From positions 1,088,001 through 1,152,000 of the forward strand of contig OZ253553.1 of NCBI GenBank assembly GCA_965262715.1: a stretch of DNA of 64,000 nt, read 5' to 3'. Position 1 is the first letter of the stretch. Each line of letters starts with the position of its first letter. The stretch comes from Bdellovibrionales bacterium. Lineage in GTDB: Bacteria > Bdellovibrionota > Bdellovibrionia > Bdellovibrionales > JAUICD01. Below are positions 51,259-61,573 of the stretch, in pieces. The notes beneath the pieces were generated by a model, which searched no databases, was not told the origin of the DNA, and worked only from the letters and a program-made list of their open reading frames with translations. A program made the translations under genes and the position numbers.

Positions 51259-51451
51259 GTTATCTATTCATTGATGAAACAAGACATATCTCCATTGCAA
51301 ATGCTGATGTAATGGTTGATTAAACTTTGCACTGCTAATAACCAAATGCAAATAAGTAAGAACAAAAACAATAGATGCTTTTATAAATAAACCAGTATTC
51401 TCTAAATATAGTTATTTTTATAGGTAATATATTACCTTAAGTTCCTCTTTA

Positions 51452-52051
51452 TTATCGGAAAAGCTTAAAACTATCAACTACCCCGTCACTTATATGACCA
51501 AATTGCCCTCCAGATATTGTAGGTACAAGAGGCTGTTCTGTAAAAATATCAAAGTCTGTACAAGCATCAACTTCTGCAGTATCTAAAATCATAGGATTGA
51601 CTCCATCCTCTGCCATTAAAGTTTCCTCTGTTATAGGATATCCTTCTTGATAGTATGCTATATACTTTAATAAAAAAATACAAATTCCCTGTCTTGTTTC
51701 CTGATCATTTTGAATTGTATAAGAGATACTATATGCTTTGTGCTGTATATCTTTTGTATCTATAAAGTACTGTGCAACTTCTTGGTTATGAAGCACCCTT
51801 AAAGCTTCCATTTGATAACCTGCTCTTTGAGCTTTACCTAATAGAAATCTTTTGGCAATCCGACACATATAAGTTGGTGCATAAATTCCTTCTTCAGTAG
51901 AACATATCTCATTTTCAGTGGAATTTGTATTTTGCAATACTACAGTAGTAGTGGCAAATACTTGCATATAAAATTGAAATACCAAAACTATCACTAAAAA
52001 CGTAATTGATAAACTAGTTAATTGATTTCTTAAAAGCTGCATTATAAACAT
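51452..52051 (-). CDS. Hypothetical exported protein
   Basis: N-terminal hydrophobic segment; AAGGA upstream. Confidence 0.55.
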   Translation of the reverse strand: MFIMQLLRNQLTSLSITFLVIVLVFQFYMQVFATTTVVLQNTNSTENEICSTEEGIYAPTYMCRIAKRFLLGKAQRAGYQMEALRVLHNQEVAQYFIDTKDIQHKAYSISYTIQNDQETRQGICIFLLKYIAYYQEGYPITEETLMAEDGVNPMILDTAEVDACTDFDIFTEQPLVPTISGGQFGHISDGVVDSFKLFR

Positions 52052-52282
52052 CCTTATTTGATGGGATCAAATTGTTTAAATGTTTATATAATTTAAACAT
52101 AATCAAATCAAAGTTCAAGTCTTAAATCATTTTTTTAAATCAAAATGAATTAAAAGAAATCACCAATAGCCTCTCAATATTTGCCTGAACTAAATTTAGC
52201 TCGTCCATGATTAAAATAGCCCTTAGCATATCGAGAAAGCTAAAAAAAGAATATTTCCTTAACATTCATACTAATAAGACTC

Positions 52283-53311
52283 TCACAATCCTAAAGCTGA
52301 AAGAACATTTGTAGAATCATGCTTTCGTGCTGTATCTATAGGTGTTCGACCTCTATCATCTTTAGCATCAAGCAGAGTAGAATTACTATTCTTTAACATT
52401 AAAAAAATATCTACCTGATTGACACGAGCTGCCACATGAATAGGCAACTCTCCATCTTCATTGAGAGTAGTAAGTGATGCCCCTCTCAATAAAAGAACAT
52501 TAACCACATCAGTACGACCGTAGAAAGCAACCCAATGTAGAGGAGATGCTTCAGCAAGACGAGTTGGCCAATTGATAATTCCTGGCTCTGGCCAGTCAAC
52601 AAGAGCCGTTGCATCTAAAATAGCTTTAACCATACTAACTCGATCTCTTACTTCAGGAAAAATTATTGCACTATGAAGAAGTGTCCGGCCCTGTATATCT
52701 TTACTCGTTAAATCTGCTCCATGAGATGCTAAAATACGAAAAACACTTAGATGATTAAATCTGACAGCAAACATTATAGGAGTTACATCCATAAGACTTG
52801 CCTGATTGACTTCAACATTGTTTCTAAGTAAGTGTTCAACGGCACGACTGTGACCACTCGCAGCTGCATAAGTTAAAGGAGAATAGCCTAACACGTCTGG
52901 CGCATTGATATCCGCACCTAATTCTAAAAGAACATCAATAGCGTCGATATGGCCATATGCAGCTGCAGCACTTAAAGGAGTCACCCCCATTTGCCCTCGA
53001 ACATCTACTTTCATACCATTAGATACAAGATATCTTATTTTCAAAATATCACCCTGAAGAGCAGCTATATGCAACTTTGTATATGGAATAGTCTCAGCCT
53101 TGTCCCCCAGAGCATCATAAAGAATTCCTACTTTATCATTATTATCATAAGATGGTGTTTTTAAAAAATCATCTCTTGCTGCATAAAAACTTTTAAGTTC
53201 TTCTCCAAAGCCTAAAGCCTCTGCACAAGTATTATCCTCAGTTGCATTACCCTGATATGCTACTAAACTTGAAACTAAAAGCATAAGTAAAATATATATA
53301 ATCCTTTTCAT
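52283..53311 (-). CDS. Secreted ankyrin-repeat protein
   Basis: Signal peptide from ATG 53311; about eight ankyrin repeats (GVTPLSAAA, GYSPLTYAA, GRTLLH, SPLHW). Confidence 0.9.
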   Translation of the reverse strand: MKRIIYILLMLLVSSLVAYQGNATEDNTCAEALGFGEELKSFYAARDDFLKTPSYDNNDKVGILYDALGDKAETIPYTKLHIAALQGDILKIRYLVSNGMKVDVRGQMGVTPLSAAAAYGHIDAIDVLLELGADINAPDVLGYSPLTYAAASGHSRAVEHLLRNNVEVNQASLMDVTPIMFAVRFNHLSVFRILASHGADLTSKDIQGRTLLHSAIIFPEVRDRVSMVKAILDATALVDWPEPGIINWPTRLAEASPLHWVAFYGRTDVVNVLLLRGASLTTLNEDGELPIHVAARVNQVDIFLMLKNSNSTLLDAKDDRGRTPIDTARKHDSTNVLSALGL

Positions 53312-53704
53312 AATTATTGAAAGGTATCTTAAATGGAGATAAAAATCAATATAAAACTCTCTTATTGTATTTTTTATAAAATGGTAACCTAACATGTTGC
53401 ATTTATTACAAAGTCATTATTTTATTATAGCATAACTTCAAGTCGCAAATGCAACTTTTTTATGATTATAGATATTTTTAAAAGTTATATCATTTTAAGA
53501 TTGATATTCCAATAAGATAAAAGCTTTAAAAAAGACTTAAGAAAGAAAGGATTTTTATTTTCTACTTCTTCTTTGACACAAAATTTAATGATAAGCTTCT
53601 ATTAATGAAAAGACAGTTCAGTCAGTAGAAGAATCTATTTCTCTTAAAAAACTTCTAACAGCATCAACTTATAAACAGAAAAATCAACAGCTTAGGAGGA
53701 AATA

Positions 53705-53878
53705 ATGGAAACATTCATTAAACTTATTATAAATATATCATTGATATTTGGGTCAGGTTATTCTGCTAAAAAGCTTTTATTTGATGTTGAAAAGATAACT
53801 ATTAAGAGGATTAAAAAGGGATTTTCATCATCAGAAGGGCTTTCTAGAAAACTCACTGATACAAAGCTATCTCTCTGA
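53705..53878 (+). CDS. Small membrane-anchored protein, 57 aa (absent from the ORF track)
   Basis: AGGAGG RBS; METFIKLIINISLIFGSGYSAKKLLFDVEK...; partially duplicated at ~57508. Confidence 0.55.
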   Translation: METFIKLIINISLIFGSGYSAKKLLFDVEKITIKRIKKGFSSSEGLSRKLTDTKLSL

Positions 53879-53996
53879 AATTTATTTATGATTTCATAAT
53901 TTATAGCAATAAGGTTTATTAGCAAAAAGGATTTGTAATTTAATCATCCTGTGCTAGCTATAAACGAACAGCGGTTATCTTAATCAGAGGAGTTTT

Positions 53997-54604
53997 ATGT
54001 CATTAGGTGGTTCTTCTTGTCCTCTTGGTGAGCATTATGTAAGAAGTCATCCCCGCAGTACCAAAAAAAGGATGACACAAGTATCTGCACACTGTCGGAA
54101 AAATCCAAAGGGAAAAGAAAACTTATTAGATGCTTCTAATCTAAGACATATTTATTATTCGAGTGGGCCAAAAAAATATCCTAAATTACCAGCAATTAAA
54201 GGATTTAGAGGTTTTCATAAGTACGATTCGATGATCCAATTTTGGACAGAATACTGGAAAAGCAAGAAAGTGTTACATGAACAAGTAGATCCTTTACTTA
54301 TTAAAGCTCTCATTGCTGCTAAATCGAGCTTTCGCCCTAGAACTCTAAAAGCACAGCAGCAGGACTTATACAAATTACAGGTAGTACTTTGAAAACTCTT
54401 AAAGGGAATCCAGATCATGCTGGGTACATTGAAGTAACAGATTATCCTATTTATCTAGAGAAAGATGAACATTTAGACCCATTGGTCAATATAGCTACAG
54501 GTATTCGATGGTTAGCTCATAAGATAAAGAGACTTCCAAAAAAATACAAATCAAAAGATGTTTCACAAAACATATTTAATGGTTTTAAATATTATCATTC
54601 TTGA
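53997..54604 (+). pseudogene. Frameshifted SLT/lytic transglycosylase-like gene
   Basis: DPLLIKALIAAKSSF (catalytic E appears as K); continues in a second frame as DPLVNIATGIRWL. Confidence 0.65.
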
Positions 54605-54650
54605 ACTAAAGAGGGAGAAGATCATGCAAAAAAAGTTTATAGATATTATA

Positions 54651-55061
54651 ATGAAACACTTAAGCAGTAAATTCATATTGGTTATTTTTGTAACTATAAG
54701 TTTTATTTCATGCAGTCATATAACCCATATTGCGTATAATGAAGATTATATATCCTCACAGGATTCTAATGAGGAATATTCTGAGATGAACCCTCAGCCA
54801 AGTAAAGATGAGTATAAAAAAATTTATTGTACTTCAGAGGATGAAAAGAAAGAAATAAAAACGACTATTGATTATCTGCATGTTACTTGTGGCCTTTCAA
54901 AGATTCAACCCATAGATAATAGAACTTTAGAAATCAACCGTGTTTTTTTAGGTATAGAACATCATTCTGATGGTGCTAGGGTACCAATAGGACATCATCT
55001 TTTAATTTTAAAATCTAATGATAAGATTTTACAGGAGATAAAGGTAGAGACAGAGTTATGA
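54651..55061 (+). CDS. Putative lipoprotein
   Basis: MKHLSSKFILVIFVTISFISC lipobox-like sequence. Confidence 0.5.
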   Translation: MKHLSSKFILVIFVTISFISCSHITHIAYNEDYISSQDSNEEYSEMNPQPSKDEYKKIYCTSEDEKKEIKTTIDYLHVTCGLSKIQPIDNRTLEINRVFLGIEHHSDGARVPIGHHLLILKSNDKILQEIKVETEL

Positions 55062-55415
55062 TATATTTTGGAAAGATGTCCGTTTTGTTAAAATAAGAAA
55101 GGGTGTCTATTGGCAGGACCTCAACAAGGATGGCTATCCTGAGTTTGCCGTATTAAAAACAGACACAGGTAATGCAGCTTATAAAACAGTGGATATATAC
55201 ACTTTAAAAAATGAGTCTCTTCATTTTTATGGAAATGGAAGATATGTATGGACTACAGGTGAATATGTTATGTTTAATTGTCCAAAATGTTCAAGGCGTA
55301 ATTTAGAAGAATGCAAAAAATGCACATAATTCATCTGATTTTATAAAATCCATCTAAAAAATTTATTTTTCTCTTGTGTTTTATTCAAAATTGTTAGATA
55401 AATTAGGGAGCTGTC

Positions 55416-55468
55416 CCTGGTAATTCCTCTCCTAAGTCTTAGCTTAGTGATGAATCCAGGGTTTTTTA
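55416..55468 (+). terminator. Hairpin followed by a T-tract
   Basis: CCCTGG...CCAGGG then TTTTTT, lying between convergent genes. Confidence 0.4.
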
Positions 55469-55655
55469 TATCCTAAAAGATAATTCTTTATTTAGGATTG
55501 AATTTGTAATCTACAAAAATAATCATATTTAAATTATAGTAGTCTGTTTGATAAAGGTTCCGTTTTTAGAAGTATGTGCAAAATTTGCACATACTGAATG
55601 TTTTTGTAACTCCTATTTATCTTCTTCCTTAGATATTTTTTTGTGACTGAGTATT

Positions 55656-57197
55656 TTACTTTTTATCTTCAATATCTTTTCCAATAGCAGATTTTAGTAG
55701 TTCCAAAAATTCTTTTTGGCTTTGTTCAATAAATACGTCGACTTCTTTTTGAGTTAAAAGTTGGTTATAATATCTTTCTCTATGAATTTCTTTTTCATTT
55801 TTTTTATTATCAAAAATAATACCTATTTTATACTTAGATGTATCCATTTTTAAATACAAATAAGCTTCCATATCAAAGGGTTCTTTTAAACTTTCATCAT
55901 CATACTCATAATTATGGTATGATAACTCTATATGAATACTTACATGACGAAGAATATCTTCATAGGAAGGAAAATGCGAATAACCTAATAAGTATGATAA
56001 TTTTAATGATGGTGAGGATAGTTGTGATGAGAATACAGATCTTGATAATGTCATAACTCTGTCTTCATCTTCTAATAATCCTAATTTTCCCTTTATATCT
56101 TCTCCATTTTTAAATGTTATTTTGTATCTATTATTCCAATCCCAACTAGCTATATCTTGATGTGAAGGATGTATATGTATGTATTGTTTTATTGCTTCAT
56201 GATTAAAAAGTTTGTTAAATTTTTTGAATTTATTTTTAAAAGTTTTAAAGAGAGTATCTAAACTATCAATCAAATTGATAGCAGATTCTTTTGACAAGTA
56301 CTCATCTAATACCTTACCTGTTCGCTCTTTAACAAAAAGGTCAATCTCCTTATCCACATCACCCGCTTCACTTATATCCTCACCTTTACCCGCTTTGATT
56401 CCAATTTCTAACCAAGAGATCAAAGATTTTCCTAAATAAATAGCTAAACTATCTACATCATCATTGTCGGCTCTTTGCAGTGCTGCAAAATAATTTCTTT
56501 TATCTTCAGATTTAATAACTAAAGGAGGGTAACCAAAATACAACAAAACATAATTTATCCATAAACGAGCTATTCGTCCATTACCATCATCAAAAGGATG
56601 GATAACAATAAATTTATGGTGCAAATGGGCTATAAAAAAAGCGATAGAAAGAGAAGAACTTTCCATCTCTTTATGAAACCACTCCATTAGTTCTTCCATT
56701 TTTATAGGGACATCATAAGGCTCAACAAATTTAAAAATACTGCCTTCTTCTGTTATCACATGGTTAGGCTTTGTTTTATATTGGCCAGGAATAATCTTCT
56801 TTTTGATTTTTTGCCCATCAGAAGTCACAGCGTCTTTCCAAAAAGGTTCTTTTAAAATAATTTGATTTAAATCTCTGATAGTTACTTCATTAAGTTTTCT
56901 TTCTTTATCTTTAGCAAATTCCCTTATTTTACTTACTGCTAGATCATGAGCTTTTATCTCCTTATAATCACGAGGAGGATGAATTCCTTCCTCTTTGCCT
57001 TCATCAAGTAGAGCTTTTGTTCCATTATAAGTTAATGTATTGCCTTCTATATGATTTGAGTGATAGTTCCATTCTAGCCGAACCTTCTTATCAAATCTTT
57101 CTTGATCCTTTGGCTTTAAAAGTTGTAAATTCTTCCACTGATTAAAAAGCTCTTCAATACGAGCATTTATTTTTTCAAGCTCTTGATTTTTTTTCAT
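55656..57197 (-). CDS. Fic domain protein with long C-terminal extension
   Basis: Canonical HPFDDGNGRIAR; N-terminal SNHIEGN inhibitory-type motif. Confidence 0.92.
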   Translation of the reverse strand: MKKNQELEKINARIEELFNQWKNLQLLKPKDQERFDKKVRLEWNYHSNHIEGNTLTYNGTKALLDEGKEEGIHPPRDYKEIKAHDLAVSKIREFAKDKERKLNEVTIRDLNQIILKEPFWKDAVTSDGQKIKKKIIPGQYKTKPNHVITEEGSIFKFVEPYDVPIKMEELMEWFHKEMESSSLSIAFFIAHLHHKFIVIHPFDDGNGRIARLWINYVLLYFGYPPLVIKSEDKRNYFAALQRADNDDVDSLAIYLGKSLISWLEIGIKAGKGEDISEAGDVDKEIDLFVKERTGKVLDEYLSKESAINLIDSLDTLFKTFKNKFKKFNKLFNHEAIKQYIHIHPSHQDIASWDWNNRYKITFKNGEDIKGKLGLLEDEDRVMTLSRSVFSSQLSSPSLKLSYLLGYSHFPSYEDILRHVSIHIELSYHNYEYDDESLKEPFDMEAYLYLKMDTSKYKIGIIFDNKKNEKEIHRERYYNQLLTQKEVDVFIEQSQKEFLELLKSAIGKDIEDKK

Positions 57198-57507
57198 GTT
57201 TACATCTCTCTAGCTTTTTTACATTTGCCTTGCTAACTTACATCTTAAAATTATGGTATGTTACTTCAACTCTAATAGTCCTTAATTTACAAAGCAATCT
57301 TTCAAGGTGATATTTATCAAATCTTATAAGTTTTTTTAAAAACAAATCCAAATTCTAAAGTACCGCCACAAACACTAGCTATTCGAGAAAGTATAAGACT
57401 CTATATCTGATACAAAGGCATTTTCAGAATACAGTATCATCTTAACTGATGGATAATCAATTTTGATATGTGACCCTCTTGCAACATTGCTATCCAAACT
57501 TTACGAT

Positions 57508-57732
57508 TATTTGGATCAGGTTACCCACGCTAAAAAGCTTTTATTTGATGTTGAAAAGATAATTATTAAGAGGATTAAAAAGGGATGACACAAGTGTCTG
57601 CACACTGTCGAAAAAAATCCAAAAATGGAAAGAGTTCTGGCCTTAGGGTAATGATTTTGAAGTTCAAAAAATCAATTGAATATCCAGCTCAGTACGGTCC
57701 AATGATCCAGTTTTGGACAGAATACTGGAAAA
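57508..57732 (+). repeat. Internally deleted direct copy of 53744-54261
   Basis: Three collinear blocks: GCTAAAAAGCTTTTATTTGATGTTGAAAAGATAA, GATGACACAAGT.TCTGCACACTGTCG and ATGATCCA.TTTTGGACAGAATACTGGAAAA. Confidence 0.8.
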
Positions 57733-57749
57733 ATATGTCTAGGCAAAAA

Positions 57750-57774
57750 GTTGCACTTGCTACTTGAATCCACC
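57750..57774. mobile_element. Isolated IS30-type end
   Basis: Reverse complement matches 38331-38355 at 23/25. Confidence 0.65.
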
Positions 57775-57782
57775 ATTAATTA

Positions 57783-60038
57783 TTATATGGTATTTTCTAT
57801 ATATTTTAAAAAGTTGCTGTAAAATATCTTTTGAGGATCCCAAAATGTTTTATTCTTTACCCATATATAAATATTTGGATATGCTCTGAGAAGATGTTCT
57901 TTTTTATAATGTCGTCTATAAGGAAGATAGAAACTACCTCCTAAATTTAGAGATTTATCAATAACACTTTGTGTAAATTCCTTCATGTTTTTTTCACTTT
58001 GCTCATCTCTTCCTTGAGAAAAAAGACAAACAACTGAAAAAACGTCTTCTTTGGCATAAGGTAATGAAGATACTGTATCTTTGAGAACCTCGCGAATTGT
58101 GACATTTAAAATATTAACATTATAATAGGTAACCATATCTTTAAATGATTTTAGAAAAGCAATGAGATTTTTCTTTGGCACAAAATATTCATGTAAAATA
58201 TCTTTGCTCTTTCCATAAAGAGGCCACAACACATGTATATCAGAGCTCATAGCGTTATTGCGTGATACAGGAGGACCTTTATCACTCATTTGTTTGGCAT
58301 AGTTTTTTTCAGATAACCATCTAAATATTTTGCCAATGTTAGCGTATTGAGAAGATCTGAAAACTCCTCTTTTAAGAGCTATAAACTTTTCCTGAGCAAT
58401 ATTTTGTTTAGTTGAAAGAGTTTTAGTTTTTTCATACCAAAATAAACCAGCTTCATGGAATAATCCAGGTTTATGAAGTAGGTTTGACCGACTGACAGAG
58501 AAACGACCATAGGCGAGATCTACATTGGAATTATTTGTAATCAATCGTTCAAAATTTAAAATAAAGTCTTCCATTGGCATATAACGAGCATGAAATTTTA
58601 ACATTGTATTGGGTACTGTTTCCAACTCTGCTTCAACAATAACTCCAAACAGCCCATAGCCTCCAACAATAGCACTAAAAAGCTTAGGGTTATTCTCTTT
58701 AGTTACTGTTCTTATTTTTCCATCAGCAGTAACTACCTTCATAAGCAAAATTGTTGACCCAATAGGTTGAGATTTTATTTGCCATCCATGCACATTGACA
58801 CTAATTGATCCTCCAACAGTAAAGATATTGTCCGATTGCATTACCTTAACAGATCGATTGTGCTTGTTAAGTACATACTGTATCTTTTTCCATGTTGCAC
58901 CAGAACCAGCAATTACTGTTTTTGTTTTGGGTTTATACTCTACATGATTTAGGCCAAGCATATTAAAATGTATTGATTTATCTAATTGAGTTTGTCCCCC
59001 CATAGAATGTCTGCGACCACCAATACTGATTTTTGCATTATGTTTTTTAGCAAATTGAATGTTATTAGTAATGTCATCGATATTTTTTACATGTACTATT
59101 CTTCCTGGTTTAAAAAAAGAACCTCCAGCATCATATAATATTTCAGTATTTTCATTAGAGAGTTTAGCGAGCAAATCCGAAGCTTTATTGCTTTGTATTC
59201 CATGAACACCTATAGCAAAAAGTTTCTTTGCAGTATCAACGTTGTTGATTGTCCGAACGATGATTGGATATCCAAATTTTATTAAGTCCTTTAATGTCTT
59301 TTCAGACACATTAAATCCTGGTCCTAAAATATCTGGTCGAATTATTCTTCTAAATTGCTTTTGAACAAAAGGTCTCTTAAATATCCACGGAGTTTGATCA
59401 TATTCAGATTGTATTTCTGATCCTTCATTCTTCATACCTATAAAATCATACATAACAATGATACTCCGATCATGAATTCTCATAGATGTAAGAAAAAGAG
59501 GATTAAGTGATTCTACTATTATGTTTTCTTGAAGGAGATATTTTTTGATTAATGTTGTAATCTTTTCAGCAAATACTCCATTCGTAATTCTTGTAGATTT
59601 TATATCTAAAAAAATAAACTTTTGAGTGCCTACTAGTTCAAAAAGTTCTTCAAGAGTTAGTATTTTTGAACTACGATCATTGATATAATGTAATCTCTGT
59701 AGTTGTCTCCAAGTATGTTCTTCAGGTTTTCCAAATCCATTAGTCTCATGCTCTAACCTTTTTCCATAATATAAAAAAGGAATATTATCCTTTGATAATC
59801 TTACATCAACTTCAATAGCATTTACGAGGCTGGCTAAAGAGCTTAAAACCGCTTCCTGAGTATTACCTTTGTAATCTGTTGAAAAAATTGCTTTATGAGC
59901 AACATATTTAGGAAGATGAACTAGATATTGAGAGGTTGATATAGCAGTGGGTGTATACAGCGGTTCTGTAGATAAATAAAAAAATATAGCTAAAAAAGCT
60001 ATCAAAAAAAATATTGTTAAACGTTTGTTTTTTTTCAT
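57783..60038 (-). CDS. Fusion of a GDPD-like domain and an FAD-linked oxidase (FAD_binding_4/ALO-like)
   Basis: N-terminal TM segment; VAHK, IEVDVRLSKD and FLDIK (GDPD); GRRHSMGGQ, TVGGSISVNVHG, GGYGLFG and GGSFYLPY. Confidence 0.82.
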   Translation of the reverse strand: MKKNKRLTIFFLIAFLAIFFYLSTEPLYTPTAISTSQYLVHLPKYVAHKAIFSTDYKGNTQEAVLSSLASLVNAIEVDVRLSKDNIPFLYYGKRLEHETNGFGKPEEHTWRQLQRLHYINDRSSKILTLEELFELVGTQKFIFLDIKSTRITNGVFAEKITTLIKKYLLQENIIVESLNPLFLTSMRIHDRSIIVMYDFIGMKNEGSEIQSEYDQTPWIFKRPFVQKQFRRIIRPDILGPGFNVSEKTLKDLIKFGYPIIVRTINNVDTAKKLFAIGVHGIQSNKASDLLAKLSNENTEILYDAGGSFFKPGRIVHVKNIDDITNNIQFAKKHNAKISIGGRRHSMGGQTQLDKSIHFNMLGLNHVEYKPKTKTVIAGSGATWKKIQYVLNKHNRSVKVMQSDNIFTVGGSISVNVHGWQIKSQPIGSTILLMKVVTADGKIRTVTKENNPKLFSAIVGGYGLFGVIVEAELETVPNTMLKFHARYMPMEDFILNFERLITNNSNVDLAYGRFSVSRSNLLHKPGLFHEAGLFWYEKTKTLSTKQNIAQEKFIALKRGVFRSSQYANIGKIFRWLSEKNYAKQMSDKGPPVSRNNAMSSDIHVLWPLYGKSKDILHEYFVPKKNLIAFLKSFKDMVTYYNVNILNVTIREVLKDTVSSLPYAKEDVFSVVCLFSQGRDEQSEKNMKEFTQSVIDKSLNLGGSFYLPYRRHYKKEHLLRAYPNIYIWVKNKTFWDPQKIFYSNFLKYIENTI

Positions 60039-60205
60039 GCTCTGGTCTATCTATGATTCTTAAAAGGTCTCAAATTACTTTTCTGTATTCTAACAATAAA
60101 AAAATCAAGATATCAAGATAAATAATTCTTAAAAAGAAGCTGCATTTGCAATTTGAAGTTGCGGTAATTTTAAATGATTATATAGCTTTGTTGTTAATTG
60201 TGAAT

Positions 60206-60711
60206 GGCTTTGTTGCACAAAGATTTAAGGAAGTATATAAAAGATTAGAGAATTATGGCAGGCATCTTCCATAGGCTCTAGGCAACCCCCGCGCCTTGTA
60301 TTGCTTTCACTTTAAGATTTTATTATAGAATAAGATACTTTAAGGAATATTTATTCCCTAAGGCACTGGCCTAATCCTATTCCAGAAGCCTGGCAATTGT
60401 AGAGGGTCACCTACTCCTAGAGATGTTCATATTAGAGAAATTAGAAGAATTGGAAGAAAACAGTGGAAAGAAAAAAATAACTATCACAGAAGGTCTATAT
60501 CAGAAACAGCTATGTATAGATTCAAAACTTTATTAGGGGATAAATTATCTTCTAGAGAGTTTAAACGTCAAGCAAATGAAGTATTTATTAAATCTAAAAT
60601 CCTTAATCAAATGAAAACTCCTAACTCCATCATAACCTAAATAACTTAATTGCAAAAATATAAAAAATACTCAACAATATCTTTCTAGCTAAATCCTTCT
60701 GCAACAAAGCC
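60206..60711 (+). mobile_element. Internally deleted IS903-group derivative
   Basis: Ends GGCTTTGTTGCA / TGCAACAAAGCC; retains the transposase 3' end (YHRRSISETAMYRFK). Confidence 0.85.
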
Positions 60712-60719
60712 CTTTGTAT

Positions 60720-61352
60720 TTATAGATTCTTTTCCAGAAAAATTGACTTTGAAAGTTTCGAGAAAAAGTCTTTATAGAAAGCAGGACTCTCAAAAGCTTT
60801 TGCTTTGGTGATTTGTCCTGTCGATTTCATCCAAGTGATTTTTTGAAGATTTGCTCTTACTGAAAAATCTCTTTGTACTCGATTTTTTCTCTGAGAGCTA
60901 GGATAGATGATAATAGATATACGTGTCTCTTCAATAAAAGTAACGGGAATAGGTGGAAAATAAAGAGGAGCAGGAGGATGGAGAATATGAGCAGGAGGAG
61001 GTGGTGGTGGTGCTGGTGTAAAGCTTATCATTCGCATCTGTTTTTGAGTTTGTTGTTTTGTTTGTTCCACATACATTATAAAAGAACGTTTTTTAGAACC
61101 TACAAGTATTCCTAGATCATTATCTCCTTCATCAAATTTAAAATTCAAATCTTGCATAACTCCAAGAATAGCAGATATCAATTGCTTTTTTTTCACATTT
61201 TGAAAATGTTGAGTCTGCAAAACTCTTCTTTTTAAAACAGAGTCTTTAACGATAAAAGCATGTTTAGGAAGAGAATATGTACAGCCCATAGTCATTAAAA
61301 ATAATGGGCAGATCATAAAAATGAAAAAAAGTATCTTGAAACCTAACCTCAT
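60720..61352 (-). CDS. Lipoprotein paralog of 17018-17575 with a proline-rich insert
   Basis: Lipobox TMGC; GVMQDLNF..FFSKLSKSIFL; PAPPPPPPAHILHPPAPLYFPP. Confidence 0.75.
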   Translation of the reverse strand: MRLGFKILFFIFMICPLFLMTMGCTYSLPKHAFIVKDSVLKRRVLQTQHFQNVKKKQLISAILGVMQDLNFKFDEGDNDLGILVGSKKRSFIMYVEQTKQQTQKQMRMISFTPAPPPPPPAHILHPPAPLYFPPIPVTFIEETRISIIIYPSSQRKNRVQRDFSVRANLQKITWMKSTGQITKAKAFESPAFYKDFFSKLSKSIFLEKNL

Positions 61353-61573
61353 AAATAAAAACTCCACTTCTTACAATTTTATTAACGGTATATTTTGAGT
61401 TTTTATTGATTTTTCCAATATTGAGACACTTTAACATATTATTTTTATCAAAAGTAAAAAACTTAACTTCAAATTTCTACATTTTATGGCAAAGATTTCA
61501 TCTTAAATTTACTTGGTCTAAAAGGGCTAATATTTTAGCTTTTAATTGATTAGCTGTTCGAATTGCTTCACAA

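Noticed and set aside
55059..55330. CxxC-containing small gene
   Set aside because: Broken across frames with stop codons; too degraded to call
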